64,000 bases of DNA from an uncultured Chloroflexia bacterium. GTDB taxonomy: Bacteria; Chloroflexota; Anaerolineae; JAAYZQ01. This document shows positions 40,968 to 53,238 of the stretch, in pieces. Numbering within the stretch: the first letter of the stretch is position 1; each line of letters opens with the position of its first letter. The stretch covers positions 1,504,001 through 1,568,000 of the forward strand of contig CAVOXA010000001.1 of the NCBI GenBank assembly GCA_963700285.1, in the 5' to 3' direction. The notes beneath the pieces are model-generated. The model saw only the letters and a list, made by a program, of their open reading frames with translations, did not search any database and was not told the origin of the DNA. The translations under genes were made by a program, and so were the position numbers.

Positions 40968-43900
40968 ATGCAGTCAAGGCTTTTTCGCAGTCTTTGGTCT
41001 TTTGTCCTGCTCACAACCCTGCTCGTCGTTATGCTGTTGGTGGCAGCTTGCAGTAGCACGCCAACGCCCGCCACGCCTGTCGCCGGGGCTCCAGATGCCA
41101 CTCCCGGCGCCGTTCTCCGGTTGTCCGGCGAAGGGGGGCGCCGCCCCCCTCTGGGTACCTCCCTCAGGTTCGACCGCTACTCCATCGACGATGGCCTTTC
41201 TCAGAATTCGGGCAACAGTATTCTCCAGGATAGCATAGGATACATCTGGATTGGCACTGAGGATGGGTTGAATAGATTTGATGGGTACGAGTTTCAGGTC
41301 TTCAGGCATGACCCCGCTGACCCGGCCAGCCTGAGCAATAACCACATCAAGGCCATCGTTGAAGGTTCATCGGGCTCTCTCTGGATTGGGACCTATGGCG
41401 GTGGGCTCAATCTGCTGGATCCAGAGACGGATCAGTTCAAGCATTTCCGGAAAGTACCTGGTGATAGCAACAGTCTGAGCGACGATCAGATCCTGTCCAT
41501 GCTTCAGGACGATCGAGGTTTCTTGTGGATCGGCACCCGTGGAGGTGGGCTCAACCGTTTCGAGCCTGAGACAGGGGCGTGGCGCCGCTTTCAGCACCAC
41601 TCGCAGGATCCCGGCAGTCTGGCCAGCAACGACGTCACCGCGTTGTTCGAGGACTCGTCAGGGGTCCTCTGGGTTGGAACCAGCAGCGGACTTGACCGCC
41701 TTGACCGCGACGCCTCAACCTTCCAGCATCATTCGCATGACCCTGCAGATCCGACGAGTATCAGCGGCAATGTGATCGCCGCAATTGGCGAGGGCCAGGG
41801 AGGCGACCTGTGGGTCGGCACGGCTGGCGGAGGCTTGAACCGTCTGGATCGGGTGACGGCGTCCTTTGTACACTATCGGCACGACCCCGAGGACCCCTGG
41901 AGCTTGAGCAGCGACATTGTCAGTTCGCTGGTCATAGACAGATTCGGGGGACTCTGGGTTGGCACCGATGACGGGCTTTATCGCTATGATTCGGAATTGG
42001 ATGGATGGCGCCGCTACCAGTATGATCCCGGTGACCCTCACAGCCTGAGTGACAATGGCGTTGCAGCGATTCTACCGGACCGGTCTGGCGGGATATGGAT
42101 TGGTACCTCGGGCGGTGGCGTGAACCGCTACGATCTGCAGATGGACCAATTCGCTCTCTATCGCGCGAACTCGATACGCGGTGAAGGTCTGAGCGAAAGC
42201 ACCGTCTGGGGACTTGTTGAAGCGCAAGATGGAACGCTGTGGATAGGGACCGACGGTGGTGGGCTCAATCGCTTTGATAGGCGAGAGCAGAAATGGTCCC
42301 AATACCGGCATGACCCGAATGATCCTGAGAGCTTGAGCAGCGACGTGGTTGTTTCCGTCTATGAAGATCGGTCGGGCGTGCTGTGGCTAGGTACCTGGGG
42401 GGGCGGGCTCAATCGCTTTGACCCGAGTACTGAAGATGGGCCGATAGCTCGCTTCACCCGCTATCAATTCGACCCAGCCGACCGCAATAGCCTGAGCAGC
42501 AACGTTGTCTGGTCGATCCTTGAAGATCGGCGGGGTACGCTGTGGGTTGGCACGGCATTGGGGCTGAACGCTCTGGATCCAGAGACAGGGCAGTTCACCC
42601 GCTACTTTCACGACCCGGATGACCCGAACACGCTGAGCGATAATGACGTAGGTTCCATACTTGAGGACCAGAAAGGCAATGTGTGGTTTGGAACCCATTC
42701 CGGCCTGAGCCGGCTCGAGCCCGAAGCGGCAACCGGTGATGGCCCGCCCCAGTTTACCCGCTACCAGCATGATCCTGAGAATCCTAAAAGCTTGAGCCAC
42801 GACATTGTCTTCTCGATCTACGAGGACCGGGCGGGAAAGCTGTGGCTCGGAACCTGGGGCGGCGGACTCAACCGCTTTGATCCTGAGACTGAGAGTTTCG
42901 TCCACTACCGGGCAAAGGAAGGGCTGCCGAATGACGTGGTCTATGGGATTCTGGGGGATGCGGATCCCGCAGACTTGGGCGCTATTCCTAGGGACGGAGG
43001 CGGTTATCTGTGGCTGAGTACCAACCTTGGTATCACCAGGTTTGATCCTCTCACTGAGACGTTCCAGAACTATGACGCAGGCGATGGTCTTCAGAGTAAC
43101 GAGTTCAACTTTAACTCTTACGCTCGGAGCAGCCGCGGCGAACTCTTTTTCGGTGGGATCAATGGCTTCAACTCGCTCTTCCCCGAGGGCGTCCAGCCGA
43201 ATTCGTTTGTGCCGCCTGTGGTTCTGACATCGTTCACCCAGGGAGGAAATCGCGTTGTACCCGCCGTGGTTCCCGGGTCGCCGGCGGGTGTGACCCTGGA
43301 ATGGCAAAACAATGATTTTGAATTCTCTTTTTCCGGGCTGAGTTACTTCCAGCCGCAGAAGAACGAATTCGCCTATATGCTGGAGGGCTATGACGATGAC
43401 TGGAACTATGTGGGAAATAGGCGCTACGCCAGCTATACCAATCTCCCTGGCGGCGACTATACCCTCAGAGTAAAGGGCGCCAACAACGATGGACTCTGGA
43501 ACGAGGAAGGCGTTAGCCTGGCGGTCCGCATCGTGCCTCCGTTTTGGGCGACGTGGTGGTTCTGGGGTTTCGTCGTAGCAGCGCTCGTGCTGGCCGGCGT
43601 CGGTGCCTACCAGGTCCGGATCCGTGGCATCGAGGCGCGCAGTCGTGAGCTGGAAACCGAGGTGGCGACTCGAACCAAGGAACTGGCTGCCCTGAATGCA
43701 ATCGCGGCCGTGGTCAGCCGTTCGCTAGAACGGGATCAGATCCTGTCTGATGCATTGACAAAGACCCTGGAGGTTACAGGACTTGAGGCGGGCGGGATCT
43801 ATCTACTCCAGTGGAACAGCCGGTTGGAGGATCAGCCCAGTGCAGACGCGCGGGTGCTTAGAATCGTGGCCCACCAGGGTCTCGGCGCTGGGTTTGTGGC

Positions 43901-45871
43901 CGCCATCGACAATCTGATGGTTGGCGAAGGTTTTTCCGGCCGGGTGGTACAGAGCTGTGATCCCATGGTCGTCTCCGACCTGGACAAGGACCCCAGACTG
44001 ACGCGCTCGGTGGTCACGGCTGCCGGTTTTCGCTCTATCGCCATCGCGCCTCTTGTCTCACGGGCCGAGGTGCTCGGCTCACTGTTTGTTATGACGCGCG
44101 TACGCACCACCTTTTCTCATGAGGACGTGGACCTCTTGACCGCCATTGGCGGCCAGATAGGTGTGGCCATTGAGAACGCGCGGTTTTTTGAAGGAGAGCA
44201 GCGCCGCGCCGAACAGTTCCGCGTGATCAGCGAAGCAGGTCACCACCTCGCCTCCATCCTCGATGCTGAACAGCTCATGGCCGAGATTGTTGCGCTGATC
44301 CACGATACCTTTGGCTACTATGAGGTTGGCATCGGCCTCATTGAGGGTGATGATCTGGTGATCAAGACCTCGTCGGGAATTCGCTGGCAGGATCTGGAAG
44401 GGCCTCCGGTTCGGATCAAGGTCGGGGGCGAGGGATCCATGGACTGGGTGGCGGAAAAGGGCCGGCATCTGCTCATCCCCGATGTGCACGGCGACGCGCG
44501 CTCTTCTTTCTGGCCCCATACCGCCAGAACTCGTTCGAGCCTGGCCGTGCCACTGCGGGCCAAGTCCGGTGTCATTGGGGTATTGAATGTCGAGAGTGAC
44601 CAAGTGGGCGCCTTTGACGATAGCGATGTGATGGTCCTCCAGTCCCTGGCCGACCAGGCCGCCATAGCCATCGACAATGCCCGCTTCTTGGAGGCAGAGC
44701 AGCGCCGGGCCGAACAGTTCAGGATTCTCGCCGAGGCCGGGCGCCGGATGACCTTGACACTGGAGATCGACGAGGTACTACAGCAGATGGTCCGCCTGGT
44801 TCAGCAGTCCCTGGGCTACTACCACGTGGCCATCGGCCTGATCGAGGGGGATGAGGTAGTCTACCGTGTGGGAGCAGGCGTCCTATGGGACGATCCTGCC
44901 TTTGATTTCAAACCCTCCCGCCTCAAGGTGGGGGAGGAAGGCATCACCGGCTGGGTGGCTCTCAGGGGGGAATCGCTCATGGTATCGGATGTCGGCGAGG
45001 ACAGTCGCTACGTCTGGATGCGAGGCAGCAAAACCTCTTCAGAGCTGACGGTGCCCATTGTTGTCAAAGAGCGGGTCATCGGCGTGCTCGATGCCCAGAG
45101 CGACCAGCCCGGCGCCTTTGACGAGACCGATCTTGTCGGTGCTCCAATCGGTGGCCCATCAGGCTGGCGCCGCCATCGAGAACGCACGCCTCTACGAGCA
45201 GGCCCAGCAGGCAGCGGTGACTCGAGGAGCGGAGCCGTCTGGCCCGGGATCTGCACGACGCGGTGACCCAGACACTCTTCTCCGCCAGCCTCATCGCTGA
45301 GGCTGTTCCTGCCACCCTGGCGATGGATGAGGAGGAGGGGCGCGAGCTGCTTCGCGAGTTGCAGCGGCTGACGCGAGGGGCGCTGGCCGAGATGCGCACC
45401 TTGCTGCTGGAGCTGCGTCCGGCGGCCCTCATGGAAACGAGTCTGAATGACCTCATCCGCCAACTGGCGGCGGCCATCGCCGGGAGGGCAGGCGCGCCTG
45501 TGGAAATGACCGCAGAGGGTGAATGCGTGGTGCCCCCGGAGGTGCACGTCGCCCTCTACCGCATTGCCCAGGAGGCGCTGAACAACGTGGTCAAGCACGC
45601 CCGGGCGACCCAGGTGACGGTGGACCTCCGCTGTGGTCCCCCGGGTGGTGGGCAGGCCCCGGGCCAGCAGCGTGTCGAGATCCGCATTCAGGATACCGGG
45701 CGCGGTTTTGATCCTGACGATGTGTCGCCCGAGCACCTGGGCCTGGGCATCATGCGCGAGCGGGCGCAGGCGATTGGGGCCAGGTTGACTGTAGAAAGCC
45801 AGCCAGGACAGGGGACTATGGTGGCCGTCGCATGGGAGCCGGGAGGAGTACTACAAGGGGAGAAGGCCTGA
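40968..45871 (+). CDS. Sensor histidine kinase: beta-propeller + Y_Y_Y + TM + 3 GAF + HisKA_3/HATPase; frameshifts near 45135 and 45222
   Basis: LWIGT.GGGLNRFD repeats, YTNLPGGDY, GAFs; joined frames give EERSRLARDLHDAVTQ..QEALNNVVKHA..DTGRGF..GLGIMRER. Confidence 0.88.
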
Positions 45872-46048
45872 CGGATGCCCTGATCAGGTGCTCGTGCCTC
45901 TGCCCTGCGTCGGTTGGACGTCAGACCGGAGTCAAGTTGCGCCTGCCAATCCGTGCTACGATGCGAATCACAGCATCAATCCCTCGATTGGGATCGACCC
46001 TGATCATTGGGGTCCAGGGTCGGGTCAAGAAACGCAAGGAGGCGAATC

Positions 46049-47011
46049 GTGGACTATGGAAAGGTTTTGGGCCGCGCCTGGGAGATCACCTGGCGCTGGA
46101 AGGTGCTCTGGATCCTGGGTTTCCTGGTAAGCCTGGGAAGCGGCGGGTTTGGCGGGGGCGGCAACGTCTACAGCGGTGACAACGGCCAGGGCTATGACTT
46201 TGGCAGTTGGCCAGGGGAGGTACTGGGACCCGGTTTCTGGGTCGCCTTCGGCGGCATCATCCTGGCACTCCTGTGTCTGGGCCTGCTCATCGCCATTGCC
46301 CTGTGGGTGGTATCGATCATCGCCCGCGGCGGGCTCATCGCCGGCGTGCAGCAAGTTGAGGAGGAAGGCGATACGTCCTTCGGTCGGGCCTGGCGCGCGG
46401 GCGCCAGCCGGTTCTGGACGCTGTTGGGCATCGCTTTTCTGGCGGCGCTTCCCTTTCTTGTCCTGGGTCTGGGTCTGGCTCTTGTGGCGGCAGCGGGCAT
46501 CCTGGTGGCGATGAATAGTTCAAACGGTTTCAGCGATCCTGCCCCCGCCGGCATCCTGGCTGCCATCGCCTGCGGCACTGTATTCTGTTGCGGCCTGCTC
46601 ATCCTTGGCATCGTTCTCGATCAGATCAGGACCTATGCCGAGCGTGCGGCCATCCTGGAAGGACTGGGTTGGCTCGACGCCTTTAAGCGGGGTTGGGAGG
46701 TACTGAAGGTCCACCTGGGGCCAACCATCATTCTGTGGCTTATCTTTGTGGCCATTGGGTTTGTCCTGGTCATGGCGACCATCGCCGGGGTCGCGGCGGT
46801 CGCGCTGCCCCTGCTCGCAGTGACGGCTGCAGTCGAACCTGGGCCCTGGCTGATTGCACCGGCCTGTTGTGGAGGGTTGGTGGCCCTGATCGTCTTTGCT
46901 CTAGTTGCCGCAGTGATTGAGACCTTTACCTCGGCGTCCTGGACGCTGGCTTATCGCGAATTGACCGGTATTGCGCTGGAGGTGCCGGCAGAACCCGCGC
47001 TCGAGGGATAA
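46049..47011 (+). CDS. Multi-pass membrane protein of unknown function
   Basis: AAGGAGG RBS, GTG start, ~6 TM segments. Confidence 0.75.
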   Translation: MDYGKVLGRAWEITWRWKVLWILGFLVSLGSGGFGGGGNVYSGDNGQGYDFGSWPGEVLGPGFWVAFGGIILALLCLGLLIAIALWVVSIIARGGLIAGVQQVEEEGDTSFGRAWRAGASRFWTLLGIAFLAALPFLVLGLGLALVAAAGILVAMNSSNGFSDPAPAGILAAIACGTVFCCGLLILGIVLDQIRTYAERAAILEGLGWLDAFKRGWEVLKVHLGPTIILWLIFVAIGFVLVMATIAGVAAVALPLLAVTAAVEPGPWLIAPACCGGLVALIVFALVAAVIETFTSASWTLAYRELTGIALEVPAEPALEG

Positions 47012-47022
47012 CCGGGCTGAAG

Positions 47023-47056
47023 AGGACGGGCGATCCTTCTTTGGACCGCCCGTCCT
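47023..47056. terminator. Hairpin between convergent genes
   Basis: AGGACGGGCGATCC-ttcttt-GGACCGCCCGTCCT. Confidence 0.55.
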
Positions 47057-47077
47057 GGTCCTACGCCAGTGTGATGT

Positions 47078-48508
47078 TTATTCCCAGCCTTTGGTGAAGC
47101 CACGGTCGCCGGGCACGATGCCCAACTCCTCACGCAGCAGCAGGCATTCGCGTTCAAACTCGCGCACCTGCTCGCGCAATGCGGCGATCTCGGCCGGGGC
47201 TTTTTCCCCGGTGCTACCCAGTAGATTCTGGATCTCGGTGGGATCGGTTCGCAGATCATAGGCCTCGTCGCCATAATCTGGATCCTGCACGTAGGAGAGT
47301 TCCATCGTGCGGCCGCCCTGCAAAAGCCCTGGGTGCCGGCCAGCGGCGGGCATGCCGGTGGGGTAGGTAGTCCCCAGGTGGCCGTGGTAGTCGCCCACCT
47401 GGGCAAAGAGGCAGTCGCGCAGCGGCTCACACGCCCCTTCCTGCACCCAGTGGATCAAATCGTGCCCCTGGGCATAGTCCGGGACCGGGATGCCGGCAAT
47501 GCCCAGGAGCGTTGGAAACAGATCGATGGTATTGACCAGGCCGCGGACCAACTCGCCTCTCAGGGGCAGAGCGCCGGATCCTGCCGGTGGCACGATGATC
47601 AGGGGTACATGCAGCAGGCACTCGTAGAGCGATTCGGTTTTGGCAAACATCCCCTTTTCGCCCGCATAATCGCCGTGGTCCGAGCCGATAATGATCCAGG
47701 TATTCTCCAGCAGATCACGTTCGCGCAGCGCCTCGTAGATGCGGTGCATCTGGTCGTTGGCATTGGCGATCATGCCATAGTAGATGGCGATGAGCCGTCG
47801 CACGTCGTCCTCGCTGGCAAGATCGGTCCTGCCCTCCTGATGAACGGTGAGCTGCCAGTCCGGTTGCTCACCTGCCGCCGGTAGTTCTGGCAATTCGACG
47901 TCGGCCGGGTCAACCAGGGTGTCGTAGGGTGGCGGTACGAAATAGGGCGGGTGCGGGTCGTCAATGGCTACGTGGAGGAAAAAGGGGCCGTTGGTCTGCA
48001 GGGCCGCATCCAACATCTGGATGGCGCGGGTGGCAATCAGAGCGGAATTGCCCTCTTCCGCCGTGCTGTCGATGGCGCCGGATGACCAGGCATACTCCTG
48101 GCGGCCGGACGCGTACTTGGCCCGGAATGAGTGGTACAATGGACCCGCCTCCCTGAATGAGACCTGCTCGTGCCAGCCGCGGCTCAGGTTGCGTTGTTTT
48201 TCATAGTGGCCGATTACGGCTGTATAGTAGCCGGCACGCTGGAGTAGCTCAGAGAGCTGGGGTAGGTTGTACGGCGCGCGGTTCTGATGGCACGTTACCT
48301 GGTGGACCAGGGGATGGACACCGGTGAGAACTGAGGCCCGAGATGGGGTGCAGATAGAGCTGGCAGAGTAAGCGTGGGCAAACGCGACGCCCTGGCTCGC
48401 CATTTCTTCCTGGAAAGAACTTGGCACCACCCGGTTACCATGGATGCTACAGGCCGACGCTTTTTGTTGGTCCGTCATGAGATAGACGATGTTTGGACGG
48501 CGCTCCAT
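47078..48508 (-). CDS. Cys-type sulfatase (choline-sulfatase-like)
   Basis: PNIV..TDQ, CTPSRASVLTG, DPHPP, SDHG. Confidence 0.92.
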   Translation of the reverse strand: MERRPNIVYLMTDQQKASACSIHGNRVVPSSFQEEMASQGVAFAHAYSASSICTPSRASVLTGVHPLVHQVTCHQNRAPYNLPQLSELLQRAGYYTAVIGHYEKQRNLSRGWHEQVSFREAGPLYHSFRAKYASGRQEYAWSSGAIDSTAEEGNSALIATRAIQMLDAALQTNGPFFLHVAIDDPHPPYFVPPPYDTLVDPADVELPELPAAGEQPDWQLTVHQEGRTDLASEDDVRRLIAIYYGMIANANDQMHRIYEALRERDLLENTWIIIGSDHGDYAGEKGMFAKTESLYECLLHVPLIIVPPAGSGALPLRGELVRGLVNTIDLFPTLLGIAGIPVPDYAQGHDLIHWVQEGACEPLRDCLFAQVGDYHGHLGTTYPTGMPAAGRHPGLLQGGRTMELSYVQDPDYGDEAYDLRTDPTEIQNLLGSTGEKAPAEIAALREQVREFERECLLLREELGIVPGDRGFTKGWE

Positions 48509-48919
48509 TGCATGTCTCCTCTATGCTAGGTCTCCGGCCATGATACCACAGAATCTACCACCATCCAAGATGCCTTGGCGGAGTAGTGTTTCAACAATCG
48601 ATAGACCATTGTGCGGTGCATGGTTGGTCAACTTCCCGCAGGCTGTGGTTGGGCGAGGGTGGTTTGGATCCATTACATTTGACGGTAGCGGGTCAGGATA
48701 ACGGCCTGCGAAAAGCCTCCGGGAAGTGCTCCGCGTTCCGCTGAGCCCAAAGGGCGCGTTGTTGCAAGTGGTCCTGCCTCTGCACCTCGCCGCTAAGCGA
48801 AGCTGGCCTATTGCGTGCGACAGCGATCGTGCCAGCTATCTCGGCGGAGGGAGTTGTCAGTTTCGACCATGCATGCTACACTGAAGCCGTTCTTCAAAGC
48901 CTAGTTGGAGGTTGGGGCC

Positions 48920-50291
48920 ATGCCCGAGAAATCCATGGGGCTCAGCGTTGGACCGCCGGTCGCGACCGATCAGCCATCTGCGGTCGAAGGACGGATTCCT
49001 GGCCGGGAGCGGCGGCTATCAATCATATTTGACATCTCCAGGATCTTGGTCACAGAGGGCGATCAGGAATCTACTCTCTCCCGTGCCCTGCACAGCCTCA
49101 TCCAGGGGTTGGACGCCGCAGATGCGGGCAGCATCTGGCTCTACGAGCCCTCACAGGGCATACTGGCAGCGACAGGTGCCCTGGGCTATGATCTGGAGAT
49201 CCTCAAAAAGATCCGCCTGTCACCGGGCGAAGCGATCGCCGGCAGGGTCTGCGAGACCGGCCAGGCCCTGCTGTGCCTTACGCCTGAGGATACGGCTGCC
49301 GCCATGGCGAATATGACCACTCTGAACAGTGATCTGTTCGCTGCCGCAACGGCTGGCATCCGTGAGCCACTGAGTGCCATCGGGGTGCCCTTAATTGCTG
49401 ACCAGCACCCCATCGGCGTGTTGGTACTGCTAAGCTTGCGCCAACGGAAGGGCTTTACAGATGCCGACATGGACTTTCTTCAACGCGTGGCCGACCTTCT
49501 TACATTGGCCATCGAGAACATGCAACTGCGTGACGAGTTACACGCGGCGCAGGCCCTTGGCGAAGCTAACCGCCTCAAGGCGGAGCTGATCTCAACGCTG
49601 GCCCACGAGATGCGCACGCCCCTGACCTCCATCAAGGGCTACTCAACAGCGCTACTCCTACCCGAGTTGAGCTTTCGCCCGGAAGCCCAGCGCGAATTCC
49701 TCCAGATCATCGACGAAGAGTGCGACACGCTTGAGACCCTTATCCATGATCTGCTCGAATCTTCCATCATTGATGCCGGATTTCTCAAGCTCGAACTCCA
49801 ACCCGTGCTCATTCCCCGCCTGGTCCAGGTCGTAACGGATGAGATGGCACGCCGGACAAAAGAGCACCGGTTCTTGGTGGATTTTGCGGACCCCGTTCCC
49901 GATTGTGGAGGCCGATCCGGATCGGATCACACAGGTGTTGCGCAACCTCTTGGACAATGCTATCAAGTACTCGCCTAGTGGAGGCTTGATCATGGTGCGA
50001 GCTGAGGCCTTGCCTGACGAGGTCGTCGTCAGCATCGCGGACCAGGGCTTGGGTATCGCGCCAGAGCACCTGCATCAGCTGTTTGACAAGTACTTCCGGG
50101 CCAAAACGGGCCTGGCCCAGCATGTGGTTGGCTCGGGTTTGGGGTTGCCCATCTGCCACGCTATCGTGGAGAGTCATGGGGGCCGCATTTGGGCCGAAGC
50201 CTTCGCTGGAGAAGGCAGCACTTTCTACTTTACCTTGCCTTTGAGGAAACCAACCCAAGGTCGAGAAGAGCAGTCGCGAGGGGCCGAATGA
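48920..50291 (+). CDS. Cytoplasmic GAF-HisKA-HATPase sensor kinase; frameshift near 49892
   Basis: AHEMRTPLT; second frame NLLDNAIKYS, DQGLGI, GSGLGL. Confidence 0.88.
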
Positions 50292-50987
50292 ACGACAAGA
50301 TCTTGGTCGTCGAGGACCAGCCTCGGATAGTGCGGTTGGTAAGTGAGGTTCTCAAGGCTGTGGGGTACCAGGTTCTGACAGCCGCGGACGGACAGCACGC
50401 CCTAGAGATCGGTGTCGTTGGAACAGCCAGACCTGGTCTTGCTCGATATTTTGCTGCCCGGTTCCATGGATGGCTACGAGATCTGCCGGCGGCTCCGCGA
50501 GTTTTCCACAGTGCCGGTCATCATGCTCACCGCCAAGGCCCGTGATGCCGACATCCTGACGGGCTTTGACGCAGGCGCCGACGACTATTTGACCAAGCCT
50601 TTCAATGCCAAAGAGCTGCTGGCCCGGGTCAAGGCCGTGCTGCGGCGCAGCCAGCATCCGGAGGAGATGACTACGGCGACTTTTGCTTGTGGTGAGTTGG
50701 AGATTGACTATGCGCGGCATGCAGTCACACGTCGCGGCGAAACCGTGTCGCTGACGCGTACCGAGTACGCACTTTTGCGCGAGCTGGCCTTGAACGCCAA
50801 CCGGGTGTTGTCCCATCCCGATCTCTTGACTGCGGTCTGGGGGCCAGAATACCGGGATGATGTGGACTATTTGAGGGCCTACGTGCGCTACCTGCGCCGC
50901 AAGATCGAAGCCGATCCGTCGAACCCACGCTATATCGTGACCCTGCCAGGCATTGGCTACATGCTGTCTTGCCCCGATGACGAATAG
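50288..50987 (+). CDS. OmpR/KdpE-type response regulator; frameshift near 50410
   Basis: MNDKILVVED joins PDLVLLDILLP, GADDYLTKPF, winged-helix C-terminus; ATGA overlap with kinase. Confidence 0.88.
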
Positions 50988-51031
50988 ATAGGCGAAATCC
51001 GCACGACTGTGCCGGAGCGTGTTTCTTCCGG

Positions 51032-51067
51032 AGGGCGGCCCATTAGCGATGGGGCCGCCCTTTTTTC
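51032..51067 (+). terminator. Rho-independent terminator
   Basis: AGGGCGGCCC..GGGCCGCCC followed by T7. Confidence 0.85.
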
Positions 51068-51177
51068 ATGGATTTTTCAGGAGGCGACCGCCGCCTTTCT
51101 ATGAGTTTTTGGGGCACTTTGTGCTATGATGGGGGCGTACCAGCAATGAGAATACGAACATAAACAGGGAGGACAAA

Positions 51178-51748
51178 ATGAACGAGCTGTTTTGTAACAG
51201 GATCGAACCGAAGTACAGGATGCCACCATCGCGGTACCGCCTTTCCATCTGCCAGATGCTGCCAGCACCGATGCAGGGTGCGCTTGTCAGAGCGCTCGAC
51301 TATAGTGCCCGACAAATCGAACCTGCCGAGCCCGCAGGCGAGCCTGGAGAGAGCGCGTCAGGGCGACAGAGATGCACTGGAGTACTGCCACTATCAACTG
51401 GCGCAGCAGGTTGCCGAAGCGCTGGGCGCCCTCGATGACAACGTCCAGTCGGTTTCGCTCTACGAATTCGAGGCCACACCGGAGGATCGCGCCTTCGGCG
51501 AGAATCCTGACTCGTTGCCGATTCACCTGCTGGTGTGGGTCGACCGCAAGACAAGCGCCTTGAGTTCTCTTGTGGCAGCGCTGGACCGGGCTCTGGTCAA
51601 AGACTATGCCGAGATGGTCGGCCCGCGCCGACTGGGACATGTGCTGGATGTGCAGGTGATCGACGCTGATGACGTGGAGAGCCGTCGCGGCATTGCCGCC
51701 CTGCTCTACTCGCTGTACAACCGTCCCCTTCGGCTCTGGGAGCGCTAG
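51178..51748 (+). CDS. Hypothetical protein upstream of gdhA; 5' part apparently frameshifted
   Basis: GGAGG RBS at ATG 51178; protein-like frame 51278..51748 (IHLLVWV..LDVQVID). Confidence 0.6.
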
Positions 51749-51815
51749 ACGACTGACGGTTGAGAGCCGGGGGCCTCACCCCTGGCTCTCAACCGTGCCA
51801 ATCGTGGGAGAAATA

Positions 51816-53139
51816 ATGACTCAAACACTGAGCAAGTGAACAGAGTACCCAACGCCTGACCCAATTCGTGGTCGCCGAGCCGCCCAGGCAGACGCTGTGG
51901 GACACGGCCTTGCGGCAGCTCGATGACGTGGCAGAGCGCATCGCACTGGATCCCGGGATCCACCGCATCCTGCGCCGTCCAGAACGGGAACTGACGGTCT
52001 CTGTCCCAGTCATGATGGATGACGGGCGAATCGAGGTCTTTAATGGGTACCGGGTCCAGCATTCCAGCGCCCGGGGGCCGTGCAAGGGTGGTATCCGCTA
52101 CCATCCAGACGTCGATCTCAGCGAGGTAAGGGCGCTCGCCGCCCTGATGACCTGGAAGTGCGCGGTGGTGGGCATCCCCTATGGAGGGGCCAAGGGGGGA
52201 GTACAGTGTGACCCTCGGGTGATGTCAGAAGGAGAGCTGAGTCGTCTTACACGTCGGTTCACCTCGGCCATTCTGCCCATCCTGGGTCCCAAGCGCGACA
52301 TCCCGGCTCCTGACGTCAACACCAACGCTCAGGTCATGGCTTGGATGGCGGATACAGTGACGATGTTGGAAGGCAAAGCTGTCATGGAGATTGTGACCGG
52401 AAAGCCGATCCCGCTGGGTGGATCGCTGGGGCGCAAAGAAGCTACCGGCCGTGGGGTGGCCATCACCACCGCCGAGTTGATCAAGCGCAGGCAAGGCTGC
52501 CTCTCTGAGACAACGGTCGCGGTTCAGGGGTACGGCAATGTCGGCTCAGCGGCCGCGACCATCCTGCAGGAGATGGGATGCAAGATCCTGGCGGTGAGCG
52601 ACGTGAGCGGAGGGTTGTACAGTGCCCACGGTCTGGATATCGCGAGCCTCAACCACCATGTGGCCTGCCACCCCAATGGCCTGCTGGATGGCTACGAAGC
52701 GCCCGGGGTGGAGTCGATCACCAACGAGGAACTGCTGCGTACGGACGTGGACGTCTTGATCCCGGCCGCACTGGAACACGCGATTCGCGCCGACAATGCC
52801 TACTCTGTGCAGGCCAGAATGATCGTCGAGGGCGCCAATGGCCCGACCACCCCAGAAGCTGATGAGATTCTGAACGAGCATGGTATCGTCGTGGTACCAG
52901 ACATCCTGGCCAATGCCGGTGGCGTCATTGTGAGCTACTTTGAGTGGGTCCAGGACCTGCAGAACTTTTTCTGGGAAGAACAAGAGGTTAACAGCAGGCT
53001 GGAGCAAATCATGATCCGCAGCTTCCGTGAAGTGTGGGACTTTTGTCAGGAGAGGCGTGTGCCGTTGCGGCTGGGAGCGAACATGCTGGCGGTTAGCCGG
53101 GTGGCCAACGCGGTGCAGGCACGGGGGATCTTTCCCTAA
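51816..53139 (+). CDS. gdhA: Glu/Leu/Phe/Val dehydrogenase (glutamate dehydrogenase); start 51816 with frameshift, or 51868
   Basis: GPCKGGIRYHP, GGAKGG, DIPAPDV, GYGNVG, EGANGP, SYFEW. Confidence 0.92.
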
Positions 53140-53180
53140 GACCCAGCGCCCGTCGCCCAAACAGCAGATCCCACAATATG

Positions 53181-53211
53181 CCCTGCCAACCTTAGGTTGG
53201 CAGGGTTTTTT
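53181..53211 (+). terminator. Rho-independent terminator
   Basis: CCCTGCCAACC-tta-GGTTGGCAGGG-T6. Confidence 0.88.
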
Positions 53212-53238
53212 CCCTATCACGGCATCCCGCACGCTACG

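Noticed and set aside
41170-43200. Periodic DNA similarity in propeller and NHL genes as a CRISPR or repeat array
   Set aside because: Degenerate and codon-phased; explained by protein repeats
227-51836. Single-base frameshifts near 227, 12865, 18724, 45135, 45222, 49892, 50410, 51200-51320 and 51830 as programmed frameshifting or phase variation
   Set aside because: Scattered across unrelated, otherwise intact genes, some in short homopolymers, with no shared slippery motif; long-read consensus error is more likely. Read mapping would decide.
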